From Candidatus Eiseniibacteriota bacterium (lineage in GTDB: Bacteria > Eisenbacteria > RBG-16-71-46), in the NCBI GenBank assembly GCA_963717505.1, contig OY970342.1:960001-1024000 (forward strand): a stretch of 64,000 nt of DNA, given 5' to 3'. The notes beneath the pieces were generated by a model. The model saw only the letters and a program-made list of their open reading frames with translations. It had not been told where the DNA came from and ran no database searches. Of this stretch, positions 18,352 through 28,513 are shown in pieces. Positions within the stretch are counted from its first letter, which is position 1, and each line of letters opens with the position of its first letter. A program made the position numbers and the translations under genes.

Positions 18352-19155
18352 TCAGCGTCCGCTGAAGTTCGGCTTCCGTTTCTCGACGTAGGCCGCCAGT
18401 CCTTCCTTGGCGTCTTCGCTCTGGAACAGCTGCTGCTGCAGCTCGCGCTCGATCGCCAGCGACGACTCGAAGGGAACCTCGGCGCCGCTCTGCACCGAGC
18501 GCTTGATGCGTCCGACCGCCTTGGCCGCCTTGTTCGGCGGGCAGAACTGCTCGGCGTATTTCTGAACTCGCTCGATGAACTCGCTGGCCGGCGCGTCCCA
18601 GATCTGGTTCACGATGCCCAGTTCCATGCCCCTTTCGAAATCAAAGGTCTCGCCGGTGACCATCAGCTCGATCGCGGTCGACTTGTTGATCAGCCGGGCC
18701 AGACGCTGGGTGCCGCCGGTCCCAGGCAGCACGCCGAGCGTGACTTCCGGCAGGCCGATCTTGCCCGCGCCCTTGCGAGCGATGCGCAGGTCGGCGGCCA
18801 TCGCGATCTCGAGACCGCCGCCCACCGTGTGGCCGTTGAGCGCCGCGATCACCAGCTTGGGCGTGTGCTCGAGTCGATTCAGCGTCTCGTTGGCGTGCAG
18901 GCAGAAGAAATACTTGAAGGTCGGGTTGACCGTCTTGAGCATGTTGATGTTCGCGCCGGCGCAGAAGAACTTCTCCCCGGCCCCACGCAGGACCATCACG
19001 TGGACGCTCTCGTCGAAGCGCGCCTGGAGGATGGCGTCGTCGAGATCGCGCATCATCTCGTAGGTGTAGGTGTTGGCCGGCGGATCGGTCAGCTCGATCC
19101 AGGCGACGCCGTTCTTGACGCGATAGTCCACGAGCTTGGTTTTGGTGGCTTCCAT
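18352..19155 (-). CDS. Enoyl-CoA hydratase/isomerase family protein
   Basis: FFCAGA, GGGLEIA, GLPEV.LGVLPG.GGTQRL. Confidence 0.93.
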   Translation of the reverse strand: MEATKTKLVDYRVKNGVAWIELTDPPANTYTYEMMRDLDDAILQARFDESVHVMVLRGAGEKFFCAGANINMLKTVNPTFKYFFCLHANETLNRLEHTPKLVIAALNGHTVGGGLEIAMAADLRIARKGAGKIGLPEVTLGVLPGTGGTQRLARLINKSTAIELMVTGETFDFERGMELGIVNQIWDAPASEFIERVQKYAEQFCPPNKAAKAVGRIKRSVQSGAEVPFESSLAIERELQQQLFQSEDAKEGLAAYVEKRKPNFSGR

Positions 19156-19323
19156 GGGCTGGCTCCTTCGGGGTGTCGGTCGCGGCCGGCAGAGGCGCGG
19201 GGCGCCGTTCGCTGGCAGGGGTTCGTTTTCGAGCGGACGGAGTATACGGGCGCCTATGGAAAAGCTCCACCCCCGCGCCCACCAAAGCTTTGCTGGAGCC
19301 TGACACGCCCGACGACGAACTCA

Positions 19324-19345
19324 TTCATCGTAAAACGCCGATGGA
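19324..19345. promoter_or_regulatory. Candidate ArsR operator
   Basis: Imperfect inverted repeat TTCATCG-N8-CGATGGA just upstream of the arsR RBS. Confidence 0.55.
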
Positions 19346-19372
19346 CGATAAACACGACCAGGAGGGGACGCG

Positions 19373-19705
19373 ATGACGACCCGACCGGAACCCAAGACCC
19401 GGCCGACCGGGCGCCGACACCGTGCGCTGGGAGTGGCCGGCCCCGATGCCGAGCTGGCGACGCTGGCCAAGGCGCTGGGACATCCGGCGCGAGTCGCGAT
19501 CGTCCGGATGCTGATCCAGTCCGGGGAATGCGTGTGCGGCGCGATCGTCGACCGGCTCCCGCTCGCTCAGGCCACGGTGTCCCAGCACTTGAAGGTGCTG
19601 AAAGACGCCGGGCTGATTCGTGGCGAGATCGATGCGCCGCGTGTCTGCTACTGCATCGACCCCGCAGCCGTCCGACGTCTCAAGCAGCTCATCACGGCGC
19701 TCTAG
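19373..19705 (+). CDS. arsR: ArsR/SmtB family repressor
   Basis: [25 protein letters not shown]; lies upstream of arsM. Confidence 0.9.
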   Translation: MTTRPEPKTRPTGRRHRALGVAGPDAELATLAKALGHPARVAIVRMLIQSGECVCGAIVDRLPLAQATVSQHLKVLKDAGLIRGEIDAPRVCYCIDPAAVRRLKQLITAL

Positions 19706-19736
19706 CCGGGCGCCTGAATAGAGGAGGATCACCACC

Positions 19737-20537
19737 ATGACCGAGACCACCGACATTCGCACCGTCGTCCGCGAGAAGTACGGCGCAATCGCCGAGGACC
19801 GCGCCTCGGGTTGTTGTGGACCCGATGCCACATCCGGCTGCGGCTGCGGTTGCGGCGCTGCCGACGTTCTCGAGCAGATCGGCTACAGCGCCGAACAGGC
19901 GGCTGCGGTTCCCGAGGGCTCGAACCTGGGCCTCGGCTGCGGCAACCCCCTCGCCTACGCCGCCTTGCGCCCGGGCGAGACCGTGCTCGACCTGGGCTCG
20001 GGCGCCGGGGTCGACTGCTTCCTCGCCGCGCGCGAGGTCGGCCCCAGCGGCCGGGTGATCGGGGTCGACATGACGGCGGCGATGGTCGAGCGGGCACGCG
20101 GCAATGCCGCCCGAAGTGGCGCCGCCAATGTCGAGTTCCGCCTGGGCGAGATCGAGCATCTCCCGCTGGCCGACGGCAGCGTCGATGTCGTGATTTCGAA
20201 CTGCGTGGTCAACCTGTCGCCCGACAAGCCCCAGGTGTTCCGGGAGGCCTTCCGCGCGCTCAAGCCTGGCGGTCGCATGGTGGTCAGCGATCTGGTGCTG
20301 CGCCGGCCGCTGGCCCCCGAGCTACAGAAGAACATCGACCTCTACGTCGGCTGCGTGGCCGGGGCGTCCCTCCGGGACGACTACCTGGGCTTCATTCGCG
20401 GCGCCGGGTTCCGGAACGTAGAAATCATGGGCGAATCGGGCTATTCGATCGGGACCGAGCACCTGCCGGCCGGCACCCCAGAGCTCGAGGCCTTCGACGC
20501 AGTGGCTTCGATCAAGGTGCGGGCGGTCAAGGCCTAG
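19737..20537 (+). CDS. arsM: Arsenite S-adenosylmethionine methyltransferase
   Basis: [29 protein letters not shown]; Cys-rich N-terminus. Confidence 0.92.
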   Translation: MTETTDIRTVVREKYGAIAEDRASGCCGPDATSGCGCGCGAADVLEQIGYSAEQAAAVPEGSNLGLGCGNPLAYAALRPGETVLDLGSGAGVDCFLAAREVGPSGRVIGVDMTAAMVERARGNAARSGAANVEFRLGEIEHLPLADGSVDVVISNCVVNLSPDKPQVFREAFRALKPGGRMVVSDLVLRRPLAPELQKNIDLYVGCVAGASLRDDYLGFIRGAGFRNVEIMGESGYSIGTEHLPAGTPELEAFDAVASIKVRAVKA

Positions 20538-20574
20538 GCCCCCCGTCACCGGCCTTTCTCCAGGTCGCAACTCG

Positions 20575-20612
20575 AAGCGCCAAGGTGCCCTGACTGGGCC
20601 TTGGCGCTTTTT
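20575..20612 (+). terminator. Rho-independent terminator after arsM
   Basis: Stem AAGCGCCAAGG/CCTTGGCGCTT running into a T tract. Confidence 0.8.
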
Positions 20613-20619
20613 CCCTCCC

Positions 20620-20664
20620 TGTAACACGGCCGACACACCCTGTACTCCGGTGACCCCCTAGGGT
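20620..20664 (+). promoter_or_regulatory. Pho-box-like direct repeat plus -10-like element
   Basis: GTAACAC (20621) and GACACAC (20632) at 11-bp spacing; TAGGGT at 20659. Confidence 0.4.
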
Positions 20665-20892
20665 CTGGCACGTCCGGGGAAGCGGGCCGAAGGGTCCGCA
20701 ACCGGAACGCTGAACAACCTCCCGCATGCGTTCCGAAAGCACTGGGGCCCGCACCCTTGCTTCCCCGATCGGACTTGGAGCCTTCCAGAACCAAGGTCGC
20801 GCAATCGGTACCGCGGCCAGCGCAAGTCCGGCTCCGAACGCACACGAAGACATTCACGGTCTAGCAGGCACGCACACCTCAAGGGAGGCACC

Positions 20893-22638
20893 ATGCGATT
20901 CGACGCGAATGGGAAGCTTTCGTTCATCCATCGCGGGTTGTTTGCGCTCGCTCTGGTCGCCGGTACGGCGAGCAGCGCAGCGGCGCAGATGACCGGGAAC
21001 GGACTCTTGGTCTTCAACAACAACGCATCCGGCACGCTCGCCGGGCAGTTCCTGGGAACGGCGGGCGCCGGAGCTCCGGCCTGCGCCGGTCTTACGGCGG
21101 CGACGCTGTTCTCGGTCACCAATCCGAACAACAACTACGCCGATCCGCTCCTGAACGGCGGGATCTACCCGAACAACGACTTCCAGCCCGGGCTCGGCAG
21201 CCCGGCCTACAGCAACGCGGTGCAAGTGATCGCCGACGGATTCTTCGAGCAGGCCTGTTTGCTGGGCGCAGTGGGCCCCAACGCCGACGACCGCTGGTGG
21301 GAGGGCTGGACGTACTTCGATTCGACCGGCGCCAACCGCCAGGACCTGCACCTCGCGGGGATGCCCGACCCGCGGCCGCTTGCGACCTACGCCGGCATCA
21401 ACATCTATGGCCACCAGTATTTCGGGCCTGACAGCAATTACCTGGTTCGCGGCCAGCTGCGCGTCAAGAGCCAGGCCACGCTGACCATCGCCCCCGGCGT
21501 GGTCGTGTTCGAAGAGAACGCCTCGGTCGGCACGATCGTCATCGAGCGCGGCGGCAAGCTGATCGCGGTAGGCAACGCGTGCGAGCCGATCATCATCACC
21601 TCCGATCAGTATCCGAATCAGCGCCGCGGCCAGTGCGGCGGCATCGTGATGAATGGCCTCGCGAGGACCAACATCGTCAACTCGTGCGCCGGTGACTCCT
21701 CGGCCAGCGAAGGCGGCGCAATCGGCTTCTATGGCGGCAACAATGACGACGACTGCTCGGGCTACCTGCGCTACGTCCGCGTCGAGTACGCGGGCCGCGA
21801 GATCAGCGCCAACAACGAGCTGAATTCCTTCACGTTCAACTCGGTCGGCCAGAACACCCGCGTCGACTGGTGCCAGTCGTTCCGCGGCGCCGACGACGGC
21901 TTCGAGTGGTTCGGTGGACTGGCGCATTCCAAGTACTTGGTGGCGGTCGACGGCGCCGACGACGGGATCGACAGCCAGCTCGGCTCGCGGGTGCGCGTCC
22001 AGTTCGCCATCGTTCGCACGTCGCCGGAGCAGGCGCCGTCGCTGACTCAGTTCGGCGAGCGCGGCATCGAAGCCGACAACAACGAGTTCAACTTCGATCA
22101 GCTCCAGTGCGCGGGTCGGTCCTACATGCGGGTCGCCAATGCAACGTTCATCGGCGACAAGCGGGTGGGCGCGATCTACCCCGGCTCGAGCCAGGGCGCC
22201 GAGTGGCGTCGTGGCACGGCATACGACCTGCGCAATTCGATCATCACGAACTACAAGAGCGCGGCGATTCGCGTGAGCGACGATGCGACGTGGGCGGCCC
22301 ACTGCGCAGCCCCGCCGCCGGTTCCCGCCGTGTTCTGCCCGGGTGCCCTGGGTGTCAATCCGGTGGGTGCGGGCAACGTGTTCGTGGCCAACGGCCGTCC
22401 GAACCCGTTCCGCGACGAGGTCACGCTGTCCTTCAACCTGCCGACGTCGTCGCCGGTGACGGTGGAGATCTACTCGGCGGATGGTCGCCGGGTGCAGACG
22501 ATCGCCAAGGGCGAAATGCCTGCCGGCCCGCAGTCGCTGCAGTGGAAGCTCGACCGCTCGACCCCGAGCGGCGTGTACTTCTATCGCGTCCTCGCCGGCC
22601 AGAACGAAGCAACCGGCAAGCTGACGTTGGTGGACTGA
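20893..22638 (+). CDS. Secreted beta-helix-like protein with C-terminal T9SS type-A/FlgD-like domain
   Basis: RBS GGAGG; signal peptide; SGYLRYVRVEYAG, NELNSFT, DDGFEWFGG, GIEADNN; tail PNPF...IYS.DGR.V...SGVYFYR...GKLTLVD. Confidence 0.85.
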   Translation: MRFDANGKLSFIHRGLFALALVAGTASSAAAQMTGNGLLVFNNNASGTLAGQFLGTAGAGAPACAGLTAATLFSVTNPNNNYADPLLNGGIYPNNDFQPGLGSPAYSNAVQVIADGFFEQACLLGAVGPNADDRWWEGWTYFDSTGANRQDLHLAGMPDPRPLATYAGINIYGHQYFGPDSNYLVRGQLRVKSQATLTIAPGVVVFEENASVGTIVIERGGKLIAVGNACEPIIITSDQYPNQRRGQCGGIVMNGLARTNIVNSCAGDSSASEGGAIGFYGGNNDDDCSGYLRYVRVEYAGREISANNELNSFTFNSVGQNTRVDWCQSFRGADDGFEWFGGLAHSKYLVAVDGADDGIDSQLGSRVRVQFAIVRTSPEQAPSLTQFGERGIEADNNEFNFDQLQCAGRSYMRVANATFIGDKRVGAIYPGSSQGAEWRRGTAYDLRNSIITNYKSAAIRVSDDATWAAHCAAPPPVPAVFCPGALGVNPVGAGNVFVANGRPNPFRDEVTLSFNLPTSSPVTVEIYSADGRRVQTIAKGEMPAGPQSLQWKLDRSTPSGVYFYRVLAGQNEATGKLTLVD

Positions 22639-22759
22639 CATAAGGACTCGTCGGACGTCGGGCTCGGCGGCGCCCCGCAGGCCGCCGAGCTGCGACGTCA
22701 GGCGATCCTCGGTCGAAGGGGCCGAGGGTCGCTGTTCCATCGTGAGGAGGTTCATTCGG

Positions 22760-25582
22760 ATGAGTACCCATCTCCCTGGCAGCCTCATTCGTAGCCGCAT
22801 GAAGCTCTGGATCGCGGTCGTTGCCGTGATCTGCCTGACCGCGACCTGGGCCGAAGCCGCAGCAATTGGAAAGATCGGCGGGCGAATCGTCGCCACCGAC
22901 ACCGGTGAGCCACTCGCCTACGCCGACCTGCTCCTGACGCCTGCCGATACGACCCTCAAGCGGGTTGGCGGCCTGACCAATGGCGACGGCACGTTCCTGC
23001 TCGAGGCGGCTCCCGGGCTCTACACGCTCCAGCTGCGCGCTCTGTCGTATGCCACCAAGAAATTCGAAGCCATCCAGATCGAAGAAGGAAAGCTGCTGGA
23101 TTTCAGCACGGCACTCGCGCCCGAGGCGCTCCAGCAGGAAGAAATCGTCGTCGAAGCGCGTCGATCGGAGAACACGGAAGCGTCGATGCTCGCCGCCCGC
23201 AAGAAGGCGCCATCGGTCGGCGACGCGATCAGCGCCGAACAGGTGCGCAAGTCCGCCGACCGCGACGCCGCCGAGGTGTTGAAGCGGGTTACCGGCGTTT
23301 CGGTCAGCGACGGCAAATACGTGTTCGTCCGCGGCCTTGGCGAGCGCTATAGCTCGACCGAGGTGGATGGGGTCCGCATCGCCAGCCCGGAGGAGAACAA
23401 GCGGGTGGTGCCGCTCGACCTGGTGCCCTCCACCCTGCTCGAGAACATCGTGGTGCAGAAGACCTACACCGCCGACCGGCCCGGAGAATTCGGCGGCGGC
23501 GACGTCCAGGTGCGCACCAAGGACTTCCCGGGACGGCGGACGTGGTCGTTCGAGGTCCAGCAGGGCTTCGCCGAGAACGTGACGTTCGAAAACCGCAGAG
23601 CCTACGGTTTCTACCAGGGATTCGGCGCCGGCCAGCGTGCCATGCCCTCCGAAGTCGCTGGCATCCCGGTCCCGGGTCTTTCGAACGCAACGCGCCCGCA
23701 GCTGGCGTCCATGGCGCGGTCGTTCACCAACGAGTGGTCGCCGTACGGATCGACCACCGCGCCCAACGGCAGGTACTCGCTCACCTACGGTGACGAGCTC
23801 AAGCTGTTCGGCCGCTCGGTCGGGCTGATCCTCTCGTCCACGTTCTCGCGGGCCTTCGATATGCAGGAAGAGTCGCAGCGTTTGTTCCGCTCGTCGACCG
23901 ACACGATCTACGACTACCGCGTGACCAAGTGGACGGATGTCGCGCAGCTCGCCGGCCTCGGCGGTCTCAGCTACCGGCTGTCCCCATCACACTCGCTCCA
24001 CCTGCGCGGGCTCTACACCAGCACCGCCGATGACGAAGTGCGTATTTACGAGGGCTCGGATCACAACAGCAGCGACCCGATTTCCAACGAGTGGCTACAG
24101 CGCCGGAACACGCGGCTCCTGTACGCGCAAAGGACGGTGTTGTCCGGTTCGATCGAAGGCAAGCATCAGTTCCCGAGCGTGTTCGGCGCCGGCCTCGATT
24201 GGAAGTTCGGCCGCTCGCGGGCCGAGCGCGATCAGCCCGACCGGCGTGACGTCACCTACAACCGGCAATACTGGTTCGAAGGCGACACTGCTCACTGGGT
24301 CCTCAGCTCCCAGGGGATCCGAGAGTTCGGCGAGCTGACCGACAACGGCTGGGGCACGACGCTCAAGGGCGAGGTGCCGTACCAGCTGGGGAAGCTCGGT
24401 AACGGCAAGATGGCGATCGGCTACGACCGCCAAGCCAAGGACCGCGACAACTTTTACCGTCGATTCAACCTGTTCGTCGAGCCGCCCTATGTGGACAATA
24501 TGGAGGCCCCGCCCGAGAGCATCTTCGCCCCCGGCACGTTCGACGGCAGCTCGACCAGCGGGTATCTGCTGGACGTGACTTACAACGACCCACTGATCGG
24601 CGTCGACAACTACACCGCCCAGCAGCGGGTGACCGCGGGATTCCTCAACTTCGACGTGCCTTTTGGCTCCAAAGTCCGTGGCGCCTTCGGGGTCCGCGTC
24701 GAGCATGGCTACCAGAATGTCGAGAGCTTCGCCCTGTTCGACCCGGACTCGATCCTGATCGCGGGCGAGCTGGACAACACCGACTGGCTGCCGGCCGGCA
24801 ATCTGACCTGGGCCATCACCCAGACGGTGAACCTTAGGCTCGCGGGCAGCCAGACCATCTCGCGGCCGGATCTCAACGAGCTATCGCCGAGCCCATTCCC
24901 CGAGTACATCGGCGGCTACTTCGTGAAGGGCAACCCTGACCTCGATCGCGCCCTGCTCGACAACTACGACATCCGATTCGAGGCATTCCCCGGGCTCTCC
25001 GAAGTGTTGGCGGTGGGCGTGTTCTACAAGAATCTGCGCCAGCCGATTGAACGAGTCATCAAGCCCGGCAGCCAGGTCGCCCTGCTGCAGCCCGAGAACT
25101 CCGCGAAGGGCCGCAACCAGGGTATCGAGCTGGAAGCCCGAGTCGGACTCGGAAGAGTATGGAGCCCGCTGTCCCGCTTCTCGATCAGTTCCAATGCGTC
25201 GTTCATTTCGTCCAAGGTCACGCTCTATCCAACGGTCTCGCGCACCGGGACGTCCGAGCATCCCCTGCAGGGCCAGACTGATTATCTGATCAATGTCGGA
25301 CTCGGCTACGCGATCCCGGGAAGACTCGATGCGACTCTACTGGTCAACTCGATCGGCAAACGCCTGACGGCGCTCGGCTACGATCCACTGCCCGACATCT
25401 ACGAGCAGCCGTACACGTCGATGGACGCCGCGTTGAATATGATGGTGTTCTCCAACGGTCGGCTCAAGCTCGGTGCGAGAAACCTGCTCGACCCGACGAT
25501 CGAGCGACTCCAGGGTCATCGTGTGTCATCTTCGTACCGGACCGGCCGCACCTTCTCGATCGCGTTCACGGTCGGTTCGTAG
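22760..25582 (+). CDS. TonB-dependent receptor with N-terminal carboxypeptidase-regulatory-like domain
   Basis: RBS GAGGAGG; plug motifs VRGLGERY, PLDLVP, PGEFGGG; GNPDL; NLLD; terminal beta-strand. Confidence 0.93.
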   Translation: MSTHLPGSLIRSRMKLWIAVVAVICLTATWAEAAAIGKIGGRIVATDTGEPLAYADLLLTPADTTLKRVGGLTNGDGTFLLEAAPGLYTLQLRALSYATKKFEAIQIEEGKLLDFSTALAPEALQQEEIVVEARRSENTEASMLAARKKAPSVGDAISAEQVRKSADRDAAEVLKRVTGVSVSDGKYVFVRGLGERYSSTEVDGVRIASPEENKRVVPLDLVPSTLLENIVVQKTYTADRPGEFGGGDVQVRTKDFPGRRTWSFEVQQGFAENVTFENRRAYGFYQGFGAGQRAMPSEVAGIPVPGLSNATRPQLASMARSFTNEWSPYGSTTAPNGRYSLTYGDELKLFGRSVGLILSSTFSRAFDMQEESQRLFRSSTDTIYDYRVTKWTDVAQLAGLGGLSYRLSPSHSLHLRGLYTSTADDEVRIYEGSDHNSSDPISNEWLQRRNTRLLYAQRTVLSGSIEGKHQFPSVFGAGLDWKFGRSRAERDQPDRRDVTYNRQYWFEGDTAHWVLSSQGIREFGELTDNGWGTTLKGEVPYQLGKLGNGKMAIGYDRQAKDRDNFYRRFNLFVEPPYVDNMEAPPESIFAPGTFDGSSTSGYLLDVTYNDPLIGVDNYTAQQRVTAGFLNFDVPFGSKVRGAFGVRVEHGYQNVESFALFDPDSILIAGELDNTDWLPAGNLTWAITQTVNLRLAGSQTISRPDLNELSPSPFPEYIGGYFVKGNPDLDRALLDNYDIRFEAFPGLSEVLAVGVFYKNLRQPIERVIKPGSQVALLQPENSAKGRNQGIELEARVGLGRVWSPLSRFSISSNASFISSKVTLYPTVSRTGTSEHPLQGQTDYLINVGLGYAIPGRLDATLLVNSIGKRLTALGYDPLPDIYEQPYTSMDAALNMMVFSNGRLKLGARNLLDPTIERLQGHRVSSSYRTGRTFSIAFTVGS

Positions 25583-25586
25583 CCGA

Positions 25587-26249
25587 ATGGCGGATCGTAT
25601 TCACCGAACTCGAAGGGCCCGGTCGCGTCTGGCGGCTGCGTTGGCGTGTGGATTCCTGCTGCTGGCGGCCTCGGCCCTCGCCGCCAGCACCCCCGATTCC
25701 ACATCGGTCCAGAGCAATCGTGTCTACTCGGTCAAGGATTCGCCCGGCTACTTCCCGCCGGCGGACCCCGAGTCAGCGTCGGTTCGCATCGGGCGCCGGG
25801 TGAATGCGCCACTGATCAAGAAGTCCTTCAACGGCGGCGGCGCCAGCATGAAGGAACTCGGGACGATGATCTGCCGAGTGTTCGAGCGCACCCCAAAGGT
25901 GGATTCGCTGATGATGCTGTCGGTCTCGCGCGACGAGTTCGAAGTGATCCTGTGGCCGGAGTTCCCGCAGAGCCGGCCCGCCACCGGGTTGACCGGCGAG
26001 GATGCCTGGCGCGTGCTGTACCCGCGGTTGGTCAACGGCAACAACAGCGCGCTGATCAGCTACGGCGGCGGACTCTACGAGTTCCTGCGCTTCGAGGTCG
26101 ATTCGGTGGCGAAATACAAGAACTTCAAGCTGCACAACGGGGTGACGCTGGTGGCTCGCGGTGCGGACGGCGAAGAAACGCGGATGGACTGGATTCGTTC
26201 GATCGCCGAGCGCAGCGGCCGGTTCAAGCTCTACAGCGTACGCGACTGA
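25587..26249 (+). CDS. Exported hypothetical protein
   Basis: Starts 4 bp after the receptor stop; signal peptide ending ALA; coding-like codon usage. Confidence 0.75.
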   Translation: MADRIHRTRRARSRLAAALACGFLLLAASALAASTPDSTSVQSNRVYSVKDSPGYFPPADPESASVRIGRRVNAPLIKKSFNGGGASMKELGTMICRVFERTPKVDSLMMLSVSRDEFEVILWPEFPQSRPATGLTGEDAWRVLYPRLVNGNNSALISYGGGLYEFLRFEVDSVAKYKNFKLHNGVTLVARGADGEETRMDWIRSIAERSGRFKLYSVRD

Positions 26250-26256
26250 GCGCGGG

Positions 26257-27153
26257 TCAGCGCAAGAACAGGATCACCACGCCCGCCACCGCGACCAGTG
26301 CCCCGATCACGGCTCGCGCCGTCACCCGCTCGCCGTGGAACCGCGCGGCGATGAGCATCGCCAGCACCGGATAGAACGCGGTGATCGACGCCGCAACCCC
26401 GGCCTCGATGAACGACAGGGCGACCAGCGACAGCGTCACGCCAAGGAAGGGGCCGAACACCGCGCCGCCGACCATGAACCACGTGCTGGTTCGGTCCCGT
26501 AGCGCCGCGAGCGTGCGCGGGATCGCACCTTGGACCGCCGCCAGCAACGTGATCGCGATCGCGGCGGAGGTGATGCGAATCACCGTCGCCGACAGCGGAT
26601 CGATGCCCGTGCGCAGGGCGAGCTTGGAGAGGACGTAGCCGCTGCCCTGGCCCATGGCGCCGAGCACACCGGCGAGCACTCCAAAGGCCACCGAGCCCTC
26701 GACGTGCGCCGGGGCCCCGCGTTCGCGCTCGTACAGCACCCAGGCGATCCCGCCGACGATCAACAGCATGCCGAGGAGTGCCAGCGGGCCCGGAATCTCG
26801 CCCAGCACCGGCAGGCCGATCACCGTGGTGAAGATCGGCGCACTCGAAGCGAGCACCGAGGCACGACCCGGACCGAGGATTACGAGTGATCGGAAGTAGA
26901 AGCTGTCGCCGAATACGAAGCCGATCAATCCACTGAGGGCCAGGATTCCGACCTGCTCGCCGGTGGCCCAGACGGGCCAAGGACTGCCGCGTACCACCCA
27001 CAGGGCGAAGCCCAGCAATCCCATCGCCACCACGATGCGCAGCCGGTTGAGCACCATGGAGCCCATGCGCTTCCCGGCGGCGGCGAACAGATTCGAGCCG
27101 GTGGCCCAGCACAACGCGGTGCCGAGCGCCGCCAGCTCGCCTGCGTAGTTCAC
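26257..27153 (-). CDS. DMT/EamA family transporter
   Basis: About 10 TM helices in two repeats; LGE and GER motifs. Confidence 0.9.
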   Translation of the reverse strand: MNYAGELAALGTALCWATGSNLFAAAGKRMGSMVLNRLRIVVAMGLLGFALWVVRGSPWPVWATGEQVGILALSGLIGFVFGDSFYFRSLVILGPGRASVLASSAPIFTTVIGLPVLGEIPGPLALLGMLLIVGGIAWVLYERERGAPAHVEGSVAFGVLAGVLGAMGQGSGYVLSKLALRTGIDPLSATVIRITSAAIAITLLAAVQGAIPRTLAALRDRTSTWFMVGGAVFGPFLGVTLSLVALSFIEAGVAASITAFYPVLAMLIAARFHGERVTARAVIGALVAVAGVVILFLR

Positions 27154-27971
27154 TCGAAGCGGGTCGCCCTACGGGCCGACGGAGGCGCGCCGAACTTGGC
27201 CTCGCGCTTCTCCCCGAACGCAAATATGCCCTCGGCGGAATCCGGGGATTTCCAGCACGCCTCCTGAGCATCGATCTCGGCCGCCAGAACCTGCTCGACC
27301 GAGCTGCCGAGCGAGGCGCGCAGCAGGCGCTTGGCCTCGCGCAGGCTGGTCTGCGGCGCGGCCGCAAGCCGGCGCGCGAGTGCCTGGGTTTCGACCGCGA
27401 GTCGCGTACCGGAGACCACACGATTCACGAGCCCGATGCGATGTGCTTCACGCGCGTCGACCGGCTCGCCCGTCCAACACAGCTCCTGCGCCTTGGCCAG
27501 CCCGACCAGGCGCGGCAGGTGGTAGGCACCGCCCCAGTCGATGCACAACCCGATGTTGACGAAGCTGACGATGAAGCTCGCGGTCTCCGACGCGATCCGC
27601 AGGTCGCACGCCAGGGCCAGACACATGCCGCCGCCGGCTGCCACGCCGTTGACCGCCGCGATCGTCGGACCGGGAAACACATCGAGTCGTCGCACGACTT
27701 CACGCCCGGCTTCGAGCAGGGGGCGCAGACCGTCGTAGCCCGCCTCGCGCGCCTTCAGGTCCATCATGAAACGCACGTCGCCGCCGGCGCTGAACGCCCG
27801 CCCGGCGCCGGTGATCACCAGCACGCGCGCCTCGGGATTCGACGCGAGGTGGTCGAGCCCGGCGACGATCTGCTCGCGCATGTCGTCGGCGAACGAGTTG
27901 AGCTTCTCCGGACGATTGATGGTCAGCGTGCCGACACCGTCGCGAACTTCAGTGAGGATGCGGTCGGACAT
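27150..27971 (-). CDS. Enoyl-CoA hydratase/isomerase family protein
   Basis: INRPEKLN, AFSAGGD, AAGGG..LALACD, GL..DWGG. Confidence 0.92.
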   Translation of the reverse strand: MSDRILTEVRDGVGTLTINRPEKLNSFADDMREQIVAGLDHLASNPEARVLVITGAGRAFSAGGDVRFMMDLKAREAGYDGLRPLLEAGREVVRRLDVFPGPTIAAVNGVAAGGGMCLALACDLRIASETASFIVSFVNIGLCIDWGGAYHLPRLVGLAKAQELCWTGEPVDAREAHRIGLVNRVVSGTRLAVETQALARRLAAAPQTSLREAKRLLRASLGSSVEQVLAAEIDAQEACWKSPDSAEGIFAFGEKREAKFGAPPSARRATRFE

Positions 27972-28093
27972 TCCTTGTCTCCTCCCCGGGTCGAGATTCC
28001 CCCGGCGCAGGATACAACCGCCACGCGCCGGCGGCGATCCGGTTTCCCGGACGAGGTTTGTGGGTGATGCCCAGGGCTCACTATGATCCGCCG

Positions 28094-28510
28094 ATGCCCG
28101 CACGCGTCAGTGACACCATGGCTTCGCTCGGCCTGCTGATCCTGCGATTGTTCGCCGGCGGCATCCTGATCTACGGCCATGGCTGGCCCAAGCTCATGAA
28201 ATGGCGCGAGGCGGCTGCGACCTTCCCCGATCCGATCGGGATTGGTTCGGTGGCGGGATTCTGGCTCGTGGCCGCCGCCGAAACCCTGTGCAGTGCGCTG
28301 GTCCTGCTGGGCTGGTTCACACGCGTGGCCTGCGTGCTCCCGATCGGGTTCTTTCTGATCGCCTTCTTTGTTCAGCACGCGGCGGACCCGTTCCGCCAGA
28401 AGGAGCTGGCGCTCCTGTTCCTCGCCGTGTTCGCGTGTCTGTTCTTCACCGGCCCCGGCCGGTTCGCGCTCGACGAAAAGTTCGGGCCGAGGTTCTCGTT
28501 CCGGGGCTGA
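28094..28510 (+). CDS. DoxX family membrane protein
   Basis: LILR...HG.PKL, AAE, G.FTR, GPGRFALD. Confidence 0.9.
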   Translation: MPARVSDTMASLGLLILRLFAGGILIYGHGWPKLMKWREAAATFPDPIGIGSVAGFWLVAAAETLCSALVLLGWFTRVACVLPIGFFLIAFFVQHAADPFRQKELALLFLAVFACLFFTGPGRFALDEKFGPRFSFRG

Positions 28511-28513
28511 CGA

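Noticed and set aside
22650-22735. Two strong hairpins between the secreted protein and TonB receptor genes
   Set aside because: No U tract and no other copy seen; most simply mRNA-stabilising or stoichiometry elements.
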